Source: a virus
DNA: 64,000 nt
IMG/VR virus record: IMGVR_UViG_3300008469_000001
Span: 1 to 64,000 of that record
Direction: 5' to 3' (one strand)
In this document: piece by piece, positions 20,526 to 29,491 of the stretch
Layout: each line of letters starts with the position of its first letter
How positions within the stretch are numbered: position 1 is the first letter of the stretch
Notes under the pieces: model-generated
The model's input: only the letters and a program-made list of their open reading frames with translations
Database searches by the model: none
What the model was told of the DNA's origin: nothing
Translations under genes and position numbers: made by a program

Positions 20526-20883
20526 TTCCCATCCAATGATATAGGAATCTGTCAGGCATTTCTTGTTCATAGTATTCCATTAATCTATGAGCATCAATTA
20601 GGATTTCATCATCAACACCTTCAGATATAGTGAATGGGTCAAATGAATAATATAATTTTATTAGATTTATCGATGAGTATATTTCTGCTTCTTGTTTTGT
20701 ATCAAAGAGCAAATGGTTAGGTACACATACTCTTTTTCCATCAAGTAAAACAAATGAAAGTTTCTTCCCTTTATCAGATTCTTTACTAACATATTTTACT
20801 TGTTTAGGATATAACATTTTTTCTATTTGTTGAACTACTATCCATAATTTATCATTTTTATTATATTCATTAACATTTATCAT
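20509..20883 (-). CDS. Hypothetical protein, paralogue of 20175-20525
   Basis: 124 aa ORF. Confidence 0.6.
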   Translation of the reverse strand: MINVNEYNKNDKLWIVVQQIEKMLYPKQVKYVSKESDKGKKLSFVLLDGKRVCVPNHLLFDTKQEAEIYSSINLIKLYYSFDPFTISEGVDDEILIDAHRLMEYYEQEMPDRFLYHWMGNVPNR

Positions 20884-20913
20884 AAATCTATTTATGATAA
20901 AAATGGTGATAGA

Positions 20914-22734
20914 TTAATACTTTGCGAAATCATCTACATCTAAGAAACCTTTTCTAATTCCATTGTCAACCATTCTTTCCATTTTACCTTTATAAAACAG
21001 TTCACTCATATCTGAATTTGGTAGATCCCATATACATAAATTAGTTTTTGGTCTTGTTACAGCTGTGTAAACAACTCTTTTTTCTTCTTCTAAGTCATAG
21101 AAATCATTCTCAACTTGTTCCAATAATGAAAAATCATATATGAAAATAACACTATCCCATTGTAAACCCTTAGATTTATGAACTGTCATTAATTGTACTT
21201 TTCCAGCTTGTTTTTCTTCTAAGAATTGTGCTTCAAATAACAATTCTTCAAGAGCTTCCATCCATGATGATAATCCTTCTTTGGTTTTAACTTCATTTAA
21301 ATCTCTATAAAATCTTTCCAAAGATTGTTTAATAGCTTCAGCCGGTTTCTTAGGGTTTTCCATCATTTTAGCGATTTTAGGAATAGCAGAATTAAACTGC
21401 CCTTTTTCTAAATCTGCATAAGCACTACATAACTCTGGTATCTTCTTAATATCTCTAAACATTCTATCTACCATTGCTACATTATCACATTTGTTAATTG
21501 ATGAAGCTATTTTCATAGGTACACCACCTTTAACAGCTTTAATCATATCAATCATAATTGATTTGTTATATCCATGACTAACAATTGATAACATACTCAT
21601 TAATAGTTTAACTTCTGCTCTTTTAAGTATATCATACTCAGTATGTAAGTAGTATGGTATATTCAATTTTCCAAGAATCTTTGCAAGTTGTTTAATCGCC
21701 TGATTTGTTCTTGCTAATATACATGTTTCGTGGAGTGGAGTCTCAATTAGTTTTAATTCATCTAAAAACTCTTCTACATCATAAATGTTGTATACTTCAC
21801 CCTCTTCAATACTTGAACCATGTTTAGCTTCTTTTGATGCATTTAAAGCATCATTTCCTAAATCAATTGTTTCAGCAATATCATTTGCCAAATCAACTAT
21901 CTCTGGAGCACTTCTGAAATTATAACTCATAATTTCAACAGATGGATTAAATTCTTCTGTGAATTGATTTATAATTTTTGGGTCACTTCCTCTAAATCCA
22001 TAAATAGATTGTTTAAAATCACCAACCTTTATAAGATTAGTTTTTGAATTTTCAGTAGTAAATAATGTTTGTAATAATTTAGTAAACTTATATTGTGCTG
22101 GATTTAAATCTTGAGCTTCATCAGTAATTACATATTTTATTCTACCTATAGATAATGCTACTTTAGTTTTGTGTTCATCAGTTTCCAATACAAAGTTTGA
22201 TAAATGAATCATAAAATCAAACATTACTAAATTATGTTCCACTAGGTATTGTAGTAATCTAATTGTTTCAGGTTCAGAAAAATCTTCATTCTGTAAATCT
22301 TTTGAAACTGTTTTCATAAACCTTTTGTTAAATGCACCTTTCTCCATTTTTTTACCATGGGTTTTAAATTCTTTTTCCATAAAATCTTCTGGAAATTCAT
22401 GAGTAATAGTAGGTATTTTTGTATATCCTACTTCTTTATAGAATGGTTTAATGAGCTCATTCCAACAAAAGGAATGAATAGTAGATATATATTTAAAATC
22501 ATAGTTTTCTTTAGCAAAAAACTTATTAACTCTATCTTTCAATTCATTTGCAGCCTTTCTCGTAAATGAAAATGAGATAATTTCATGTGGTTTAACACCA
22601 TTCTTTATTTTATCATTTATAAAAAAAATGATGGTATGTGTTTTACCTGCACCAGCAGATGCAAGAGCTATTATATGTTTATCTTTGGTTAATGCAAATT
22701 TTTGTTGTTCATCTGTTAAATCTGTAAATTTCAA
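20914..22734 (-). CDS. UvrD/Rep/PcrA superfamily 1 helicase
   Basis: AGAGKT, FTRKAA.EL, STIHSF, DEAQD, VGD.KQSIYGFRG, NFRS, ARTN, TVHKSKGL.W, EEKR..Y.AVTR. Confidence 0.95.
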   Translation of the reverse strand: MKFTDLTDEQQKFALTKDKHIIALASAGAGKTHTIIFFINDKIKNGVKPHEIISFSFTRKAANELKDRVNKFFAKENYDFKYISTIHSFCWNELIKPFYKEVGYTKIPTITHEFPEDFMEKEFKTHGKKMEKGAFNKRFMKTVSKDLQNEDFSEPETIRLLQYLVEHNLVMFDFMIHLSNFVLETDEHKTKVALSIGRIKYVITDEAQDLNPAQYKFTKLLQTLFTTENSKTNLIKVGDFKQSIYGFRGSDPKIINQFTEEFNPSVEIMSYNFRSAPEIVDLANDIAETIDLGNDALNASKEAKHGSSIEEGEVYNIYDVEEFLDELKLIETPLHETCILARTNQAIKQLAKILGKLNIPYYLHTEYDILKRAEVKLLMSMLSIVSHGYNKSIMIDMIKAVKGGVPMKIASSINKCDNVAMVDRMFRDIKKIPELCSAYADLEKGQFNSAIPKIAKMMENPKKPAEAIKQSLERFYRDLNEVKTKEGLSSWMEALEELLFEAQFLEEKQAGKVQLMTVHKSKGLQWDSVIFIYDFSLLEQVENDFYDLEEEKRVVYTAVTRPKTNLCIWDLPNSDMSELFYKGKMERMVDNGIRKGFLDVDDFAKY

Positions 22735-22836
22735 TACTAATTCCTAATTATTTTTATAGTTATTATACAATTTTTATAATTTTCACTTTTTCTATCATAA
22801 ATACTAATATAGATAACTTATAAAGGAGAGTAAAAA

Positions 22837-23082
22837 ATGACTAATATAAAGAAAACCCCATTTACAAATGTTGATGATGATGTAATTAGTATGGATTTTG
22901 AAGGTAATCCGAATATTCCCACTGCAAATTATGGAAATGATACACTTAAAAATATTGATGAGGTAATCAAGAAAAAGCAAAGAGCTGAAAAGCTTAAAAA
23001 AATAATTGATCAAGAATTAACACCAGAAAAAAAAGCTCAAGAAGATGAAATGTCTTTCGCTTTTAATTTTGGTAGTATGTAA
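22837..23082 (+). CDS. Hypothetical protein
   Basis: AAGGAG RBS, CATAAATA upstream. Confidence 0.6.
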   Translation: MTNIKKTPFTNVDDDVISMDFEGNPNIPTANYGNDTLKNIDEVIKKKQRAEKLKKIIDQELTPEKKAQEDEMSFAFNFGSM

Positions 23083-23098
23083 AGGTTGAGTTTATAAA

Positions 23099-23329
23099 AT
23101 GAATAATAATATGGATATTGACAATAAAGAATTGAACAAAATAACATTGAATAGAATGTTGTTCTCGGAAAGTATGAAAGACCACTTTGAAATTGATGAA
23201 GTACTAGAACTACTAGATGTTGAAACACTTCCAATCAATATCCCAATAAATAATAATCAAATCTTTATAAGAGATTTAACTAATTATTTTATTGATAATA
23301 ATTTAAAACCAAATATCCACAAAAAGTAG
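23099..23329 (+). CDS. Hypothetical protein
   Basis: 76 aa ORF following 23082. Confidence 0.5.
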   Translation: MNNNMDIDNKELNKITLNRMLFSESMKDHFEIDEVLELLDVETLPINIPINNNQIFIRDLTNYFIDNNLKPNIHKK

Positions 23330-24067
23330 TGATGCGATCTTGTTATCTAAACAGATAACATTTTCTAACATCATTATTTTATATTCCATATCAAATAACC
23401 TTTTTACTGGTATTTGAATCTTATCAGGAACATTTATTCCACCAAGAATTTCAATTGGTGTATCTAACATATACTCCAGATATATTCCATCTGATGTTTC
23501 TTCTAATGTTTTATTATCTGCTAAAATTTGTTTTAAAGGTAAATATAATTTTTCAATACTATCTTCTATAGCTCTTTCTGCTTCTCTAATATAAAATTCT
23601 TTAGGAACAAATTGTTTCTCTTTACCAACAAATAAACCCCTAGGATAAGTTACTAATTTACCATCTTCTTGTTTTGCAGTATATAGATTCGTTCCATTAT
23701 ACATTTGGGTTTGTTCAACAATAGTAACCATATCCCCATTGTTAATATTAATAAAATCTTTATTTTTAATAGATGATGTTCTCATTCTTCTTTCTTCTTG
23801 TTCATCTAAAACAATATTAATATCTTCTTCACCACCAATAACATCTTTGGAAATTTGTATTACTGTAGCCCCAGAGCCAGGAGTAGCTATTGCTTCTTTT
23901 GTGAGAGTTTTGGCTTTTTCAGCAATGTCTTGTGAAATTTGACCTAGATTAACTTTTCCACCACCATTCTGCGGAGTGGTATTGGTTATAGGTTTTCCGC
24001 CTTTTTTGAAGAAAATATCATTTATATCACCAAATGATTCTCCACCAGAATCTAAATTAAATCCCAT
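23303..24067 (-). CDS. Hypothetical protein
   Basis: 254 aa ORF, GAGGA RBS. Confidence 0.65.
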   Translation of the reverse strand: MGFNLDSGGESFGDINDIFFKKGGKPITNTTPQNGGGKVNLGQISQDIAEKAKTLTKEAIATPGSGATVIQISKDVIGGEEDINIVLDEQEERRMRTSSIKNKDFININNGDMVTIVEQTQMYNGTNLYTAKQEDGKLVTYPRGLFVGKEKQFVPKEFYIREAERAIEDSIEKLYLPLKQILADNKTLEETSDGIYLEYMLDTPIEILGGINVPDKIQIPVKRLFDMEYKIMMLENVICLDNKIASLLFVDIWF

Positions 24068-24070
24068 TAA

Positions 24071-24778
24071 TTAATCCTCAGAGGTGTCAGTTTTTTCACC
24101 AATTATAGTATTCAACATCAATGAAACCTTTTTATCATCTTTTATATTTTCAATAATTGAATTTTCATTATGACTTATGAAACCATTAGAATTTGCTGCT
24201 TGTTGAATTGAGTTATTAATAATAACTTCTTGTAAATGTCCAGGCAGCATAAAAATAGCATCCAACACACCTTTACCTATTCTACCATTGGTCATAATAT
24301 CAACTTGTGCTTCTTTTATGAATTTATTAACCCAATAAATTTCTTCACCAGTTTCATCATTTAAAATTTCTTCAGGTGTTTCATCTACTCTTTCTTTAAG
24401 TGCTTTATAATTTTCTTCCATAATTGATATTTCATATTCATGATTTGATTTTGTTTTATAAAAGGCGGATAGGTTATTTTTTCTTTTTTTAATTTGTAGA
24501 TTTAAAATCTTTTGTTTTCTATCAGATAAAGAATTAGCTTTCTCTTCTAAATCTTCTATTTCCAATTCTTCAATTTCAATATCTATTTTAAGATCATCAT
24601 AAGCTCTGTATCTTGTACCTAATTCGAGAAGAATTTGTTTCAAAATTTTGAAATCAGTCATCTTCTCATTAATAACAAAGTTGTCAATTTGGTATTTTGA
24701 CATTGTTGTAGGTTGTTTTTTTATAAGTTTTTCGATTTCTAATCTTTCTGATGTTTTCTGTACTATTTCTGTACTCAT
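24071..24778 (-). CDS. Coiled-coil phage protein of the fibre-associated cluster
   Basis: MSKYQIDNFV..., EEIYWV...EAQVDIMTNGRIGKG; resembles a recurrent T4-like phage hypothetical family (recall, unverified). Confidence 0.6.
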   Translation of the reverse strand: MSTEIVQKTSERLEIEKLIKKQPTTMSKYQIDNFVINEKMTDFKILKQILLELGTRYRAYDDLKIDIEIEELEIEDLEEKANSLSDRKQKILNLQIKKRKNNLSAFYKTKSNHEYEISIMEENYKALKERVDETPEEILNDETGEEIYWVNKFIKEAQVDIMTNGRIGKGVLDAIFMLPGHLQEVIINNSIQQAANSNGFISHNENSIIENIKDDKKVSLMLNTIIGEKTDTSED

Positions 24779-24801
24779 TAAAGATTCCTTTTTAAATTAT
24801 A

Positions 24802-25494
24802 TTATACAATTTTTATTTCATCAAAAATAATATTTAATTCCTCATTTGTAGTAGCAGATTTTATTCTATCAGTAAATAATTGTTTATTACCAATCAATGT
24901 ACTTATATTCCTTTTATACTCATCAGATTTACTAAGTATTTTGTTTACTAATGTTTCGATAGAAACTTTCCTAATTGCAGCTATATTAGTTAAAAATGGT
25001 GTATCCACCATATTGTCTTTCTTGAATGATTGTGCTTCTTCTAATTGTATAGCCCAAGTATCTTTCTCTAAACCATATGATGTATATAAATCTTTTATCT
25101 TAATATCATATAATCTAACTAATTCATATTGTAGTAAATATTTTTTTGCTTCAATCTGTTTAGCTACATCTTCATCAGACATAATTATTTCTAATTTCTC
25201 ATTATTTTCATTCATCTGATTATATTGGTTATATCTTTTCATGGAATGATTGATAATATTAAATGATTGAAGTCCCTTAGCAATATCATCTGGAATTTCT
25301 AACATATTAAAACCATCAATTATTATAGGTGTATAACCCACAAACCATTCTGCATCAATAGGAATACTACTAGGAATGAATGTCTTCATGAATGTATTCG
25401 GAAATTCACCCTTATTATTTGCTGTATATATAACTACTTTTTTGCCTTCTATTAAATCTGTTATTGGTAAATCTACCGCTGGTATTTCTTTCAT
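24802..25494 (-). CDS. Putative tail-fibre assembly/accessory protein
   Basis: C-terminal EKDTWAIQLEEA...TPFLTNIAAIR...LVNKILSK...I.SATT.EEL resembles fibre-assembly-type domains. Confidence 0.55.
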   Translation of the reverse strand: MKEIPAVDLPITDLIEGKKVVIYTANNKGEFPNTFMKTFIPSSIPIDAEWFVGYTPIIIDGFNMLEIPDDIAKGLQSFNIINHSMKRYNQYNQMNENNEKLEIIMSDEDVAKQIEAKKYLLQYELVRLYDIKIKDLYTSYGLEKDTWAIQLEEAQSFKKDNMVDTPFLTNIAAIRKVSIETLVNKILSKSDEYKRNISTLIGNKQLFTDRIKSATTNEELNIIFDEIKIV

Positions 25495-25503
25495 TTTTTT
25501 CTC

Positions 25504-25725
25504 CTAATTAAATAAATTATTAACTTTTTCTTCTAAACCATCAATTGCAGTTGTTAATGAACTAATTCTTGAATCCACCTCTGAATGTGTATAGTATCTG
25601 TCATTGTGTGAATGATTATTATCTGTAATATTTATATGAGGAGTATTTTTAACAATACCCCAATCTATATCTCCAGCTTCACTAACTATCGACTGTCCTG
25701 AAATTTCTAATTCTAATACTATCAT
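25504..25725 (-). CDS. Short fibre-adaptor-like protein (shared N-terminal module only)
   Basis: IDW..VKNTP...HSHNDRYYT plus coiled coil; AGGAG RBS. Confidence 0.6.
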   Translation of the reverse strand: MIVLELEISGQSIVSEAGDIDWGIVKNTPHINITDNNHSHNDRYYTHSEVDSRISSLTTAIDGLEEKVNNLFN

Positions 25726-25735
25726 ATTTTTACTC

Positions 25736-26722
25736 CTAAAATTCTATTGAACTTGCGCCATTTTTATTTGTAGTTAAATCCGTTGCTGAAGAAACTGCCA
25801 ATGTCAACCATGTCAATTTATAAGCTGCAGTAGATGACTGTCCACCTAGTATCATACCATAATATTCAGTTGTTCCAACATTTGAATTGTTAGCATCCGA
25901 AACCAAAGTATTAAAAGATTGCACAACATCTGTATTATATGTATGTTCAAAATTACCATTGAGTTTTGATAACCAATATCCCTTAAATGAACTTTTATTT
26001 AAACCAATAGTAGTATCAACAGTTGTAAACTCGATAATATCTCTTGAAATACCAGATGAATATTGATATTCTCTTAACATACCTGTCCCATTACCTTTTG
26101 TATATCCAGTAACAATACTTGATAATTGTTGTCTACCAGATGCATTTACAGTTGATGATGGTTTGATAGTCCATGTATCCATCTTTATATCTAATGATGC
26201 CCATTGATTAATTCCATCATTTATAAATCCTTTTGTTTGAATAGCAAAATCAATCATTGAACCTTTAGGTATTATTGGTGCATTTGAAACATTAGTATTA
26301 ACTAATGTGAATTTATCAAATTTTGAAGCAGCTTTAGAACTATTTAAAAAAAACCCAGAATCTTTTGATGTAATCCCTGGGGTATTATTTGGTGAATTAC
26401 TCAATGTAGTTGATATTTGGCTAGTTGTTTCATTTGAAAAATTATAGTTATGTATGTTGTTGCCGGTTGATCCACCACCACCCATCATCAAATCCGTTTT
26501 ATATGCCAATTGTTCTATTTGTTCTTCTAAATCAGAAATTCTATCTTCTTGAGTTTTGAATTTTGAATTAACAATTGATGTTAAATAATATACACTATCA
26601 TGGTTATGACCACTTGCAGAAACTAAAGTTGATGGTGTATTCTTAAATCTAGTCCAATCAATTCTCTTTGAACTATTTAAAAGTTCTTTACCATCTATTT
26701 TTATTTGTGATACTTTTGCCAT
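25736..26722 (-). CDS. Putative tail fibre/receptor-binding protein with beta-propeller-like C-terminus
   Basis: Shared N-module IDW..FKNTP..HNHD; S/T/G-rich repeats with KGF/KGY and GG. Confidence 0.55.
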   Translation of the reverse strand: MAKVSQIKIDGKELLNSSKRIDWTRFKNTPSTLVSASGHNHDSVYYLTSIVNSKFKTQEDRISDLEEQIEQLAYKTDLMMGGGGSTGNNIHNYNFSNETTSQISTTLSNSPNNTPGITSKDSGFFLNSSKAASKFDKFTLVNTNVSNAPIIPKGSMIDFAIQTKGFINDGINQWASLDIKMDTWTIKPSSTVNASGRQQLSSIVTGYTKGNGTGMLREYQYSSGISRDIIEFTTVDTTIGLNKSSFKGYWLSKLNGNFEHTYNTDVVQSFNTLVSDANNSNVGTTEYYGMILGGQSSTAAYKLTWLTLAVSSATDLTTNKNGASSIEF

Positions 26723-26734
26723 TTTATTAATCTC

Positions 26735-27811
26735 CTATGATTCTGCCATACCAGCAGATGATTGAGGTATTGCTAAAGAACCACCTAAAACATTTGAAGC
26801 AGCTTCTGTCGCCCAGACCATTTTTTGTACTTTACCATGTTGAGCACCATCATATCCACCCATCATAAAACCTACTTTTTCAGACCCTAATGCATTAGAC
26901 TCTCCAAATCCTTCTGTAAAACAAACAACATTTGAAACAGAATTATTAATCATATCAATTCTCCAATTATTTGCTGTACCATAATCAATCCAATACCCTC
27001 TATCTTTATCTTTTGATAAGCCTGCTGCGTGTTGTCTTATATTTTGGGTTGTTCCAGATGAAGTACTAACAGTTAAATATTCATATTTTAGTGTAGTTCT
27101 ATCTGCCTGACCAGCTTGTGTTACATAACCAAAATTCTCAGAAGACAGTCCTTGTCTACCCATTCCATGTCCTCCAAGTGATGAAGATTCTAATGAACAA
27201 GTATCAGTCGTTACTGTTAATTTTGACCAACCTGCTCCTTCATTACAAAGATATAATTTAGATTGAGAATATATATTATATAATGTAGATTTTGTATTAT
27301 GATGTGTTATGTTACCAATGTATGATTCAACTTCTGTGAGATAAATAATTTTGTCCACATGCCTCCCAGTTCTAGTGTGTATAGAGGTATCATTTGCAGT
27401 ACTAGTCGATGTATCACCAAAATAATAACCTTTTAACTCAGAACTACCACCAGGGGAATATTGTGATGTTACAGAACCAATTTGTCCAATTTCTGTACCC
27501 GTTTCAGTAACAGTATTAAATCTTTGGACTCTTTGGGCATAAACATATCCACTTTTATATCCACCATTAATAAATCCTTTTGTTTTTAATGGTCTAATAG
27601 TTAGTGATTTCGTCATTATTGCAACTTTATTCATAATATTAGTAAATTCATCTTCTATTGCCGCTTTCGATGTGTATCTATCATCATGGTTGTGTGTACT
27701 TGTATCTACCATTGATGATGGAATTCCATGTATAGCACCATATTCAATTTTACCATCATTTCCAATAATTACTTGTCCATCAGATGATGTTATACCTTTA
27801 AGATTAGCCAT
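26735..27811 (-). CDS. Putative tail fibre/receptor-binding protein with beta-propeller-like C-terminus
   Basis: N-module HNHDDRY; repeats KGFINGGY, KGYYFG, GFMMGGY. Confidence 0.6.
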   Translation of the reverse strand: MANLKGITSSDGQVIIGNDGKIEYGAIHGIPSSMVDTSTHNHDDRYTSKAAIEDEFTNIMNKVAIMTKSLTIRPLKTKGFINGGYKSGYVYAQRVQRFNTVTETGTEIGQIGSVTSQYSPGGSSELKGYYFGDTSTSTANDTSIHTRTGRHVDKIIYLTEVESYIGNITHHNTKSTLYNIYSQSKLYLCNEGAGWSKLTVTTDTCSLESSSLGGHGMGRQGLSSENFGYVTQAGQADRTTLKYEYLTVSTSSGTTQNIRQHAAGLSKDKDRGYWIDYGTANNWRIDMINNSVSNVVCFTEGFGESNALGSEKVGFMMGGYDGAQHGKVQKMVWATEAASNVLGGSLAIPQSSAGMAES

Positions 27812-27827
27812 TTATTTTATTCCTCAT

Positions 27828-28457
27828 TCAAAATATGATAACACACAAACCATTCCAATAATCATTTTTGGATTCGCCTTTTGTTTTCATATCTATTTTT
27901 TCTTTGTATTTCAATTTAATATTTTCCAGACCAAACTCAATACCAACATCAACGGTTTCAAAATTATAATCATCAAATACCAACACAGAGTCTTTAAACA
28001 AACTTTCATACATCACAATAAATGTTACTATATCGTTCAATTGATGTGATCCATCATAAAAGATTATATCAAATTTACAACCATACAATTTTTCAAAAAT
28101 TCCTTTTGAAAATATGTTTCCATCAATTTGTGTTATATTATCAAGACCAGAAATATTATCTAAAAATACCTTCTTTGGTTTATTTATATATTTTTGATAT
28201 TTTTTTTCAATACTTACAACTTCTTGTTCTTCCCAACTATCTATTGTTGTAATGGTTGATGCAGATAAGGCTATTGGGATAGTGCAGGCACCACAGAATG
28301 TCCCTATTTCCAATACATTCATATCACTACACAATACATTTAAAAAGTTTTGTGTTTTTGGGCTTGTCAAACCATGAATATCATAAACCCATTGTCTTAA
28401 TTCAATTTTGTTATTTAAAGCATTTTGAACTCTATCTTGTAAGTTTATCACATTCAT
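27828..28457 (-). CDS. Class I SAM-dependent methyltransferase (Methyltransf_24-like)
   Basis: VLEIGTFCG, TIDSW, DIIFYDGSH, LVFDDY; likely start MNVINL. Confidence 0.85.
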   Translation of the reverse strand: MNVINLQDRVQNALNNKIELRQWVYDIHGLTSPKTQNFLNVLCSDMNVLEIGTFCGACTIPIALSASTITTIDSWEEQEVVSIEKKYQKYINKPKKVFLDNISGLDNITQIDGNIFSKGIFEKLYGCKFDIIFYDGSHQLNDIVTFIVMYESLFKDSVLVFDDYNFETVDVGIEFGLENIKLKYKEKIDMKTKGESKNDYWNGLCVIIF

Positions 28458-29451
28458 CACATTTCCAACAATCAAAATTACAGTTTTTTGTAGTTTCAAT
28501 CCATACATTAAATCTTTTATCACTTATATTATATTTATCTTTTAACAAATGAAACTCATCATATATTGGTTCATTCAATCTAAACCTTTCAATGATACCA
28601 ATACTATTCTTGAATACATTTTTAGATTCTCTTCCATGCAATTTAAATACATCAATCATACTTAAACCATCTATAAATGATTTATTAAATGGTATATTAC
28701 TTTTCTTAAATTTATAGGAGTTATCATTCTTTTCCCATTCAGTACAACTAATTTTATTCATTGATGAATTAAAAAATACATCTGATTGAGTTTCTAAATT
28801 ATTATGAGAATTATAAAGAAAGTGTTCTTCCTGAATTGGACAATTACCGACACAATTTTCATTAAACAATATACTCAAATACAATTTTTTATTCAATTTT
28901 GTTTCTGCTACTTTTCTAGCTTCATCAATAATTTTGAGTTTATTTTGGTTTCTCATTAAATTTCTATCTAAATTCACATAATCAAAACCATTCATAAAAG
29001 CATCATACACTTGTCTTGGTTCATCAAGAGCCCAAAGAACAGTATTTTTAATAAACATATCAGGAAACTCTTTTTGAATTTCACCAAACATTAACCAAGA
29101 TGTAAAAGGAATTGTTATGCTTCTAAGACCCATATTATAAAGCGGTTTTAAGTGGGTTATAAAGGTTTGTAGGTTATTGTAGTTTGGGGATATAAATTTA
29201 TTATTGAAAACTGCAGAAACAGTTACATTAGTTGCTTGTTGAATTATCAAAGCATTACCTATCATTGATACAATATCATCTTCTGAAAAGATTGTTCCCA
29301 TTGCATCTTGATCGAATGGTGGTATTCTTACAGTAAAATAAATGTCATAAATTAAATCTTTATTTTCAAAAATAAATGGTATAAGCTCTGTTTCTATATA
29401 TTCAGGTGTTAAATCAGGGTATAAAGGTAGAGAAAAAGTTTGATTTATCAT
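28432..29451 (-). CDS. U32 family (TrhP/RlhA/UbiU-like) Fe-S protein
   Basis: LDRNLMRN, NENCVGNCP..EEH, DVFKLHGRE, C-terminal CNFDCWKCDEC. Confidence 0.75.
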   Translation of the reverse strand: MINQTFSLPLYPDLTPEYIETELIPFIFENKDLIYDIYFTVRIPPFDQDAMGTIFSEDDIVSMIGNALIIQQATNVTVSAVFNNKFISPNYNNLQTFITHLKPLYNMGLRSITIPFTSWLMFGEIQKEFPDMFIKNTVLWALDEPRQVYDAFMNGFDYVNLDRNLMRNQNKLKIIDEARKVAETKLNKKLYLSILFNENCVGNCPIQEEHFLYNSHNNLETQSDVFFNSSMNKISCTEWEKNDNSYKFKKSNIPFNKSFIDGLSMIDVFKLHGRESKNVFKNSIGIIERFRLNEPIYDEFHLLKDKYNISDKRFNVWIETTKNCNFDCWKCDECDKLTR

Positions 29452-29454
29452 GGA

Positions 29455-29486
29455 AAAATAACCCCTAGTTTTTTAAGGGTTATTTT
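29455..29486 (-). terminator. Hairpin/terminator after the long fibre gene
   Basis: AAATAACCC...GGGTTATTT inverted repeat followed by a short U run on the minus strand. Confidence 0.45.
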
Positions 29487-29491
29487 ACAAT

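Noticed and set aside
13494-22734. Bacterial chromosome or integrated prophage boundary suggested by dnaK and uvrD
   Set aside because: Host-like genes are interspersed with gp55, clamp and structural genes; no housekeeping operons, integrase or att site visible
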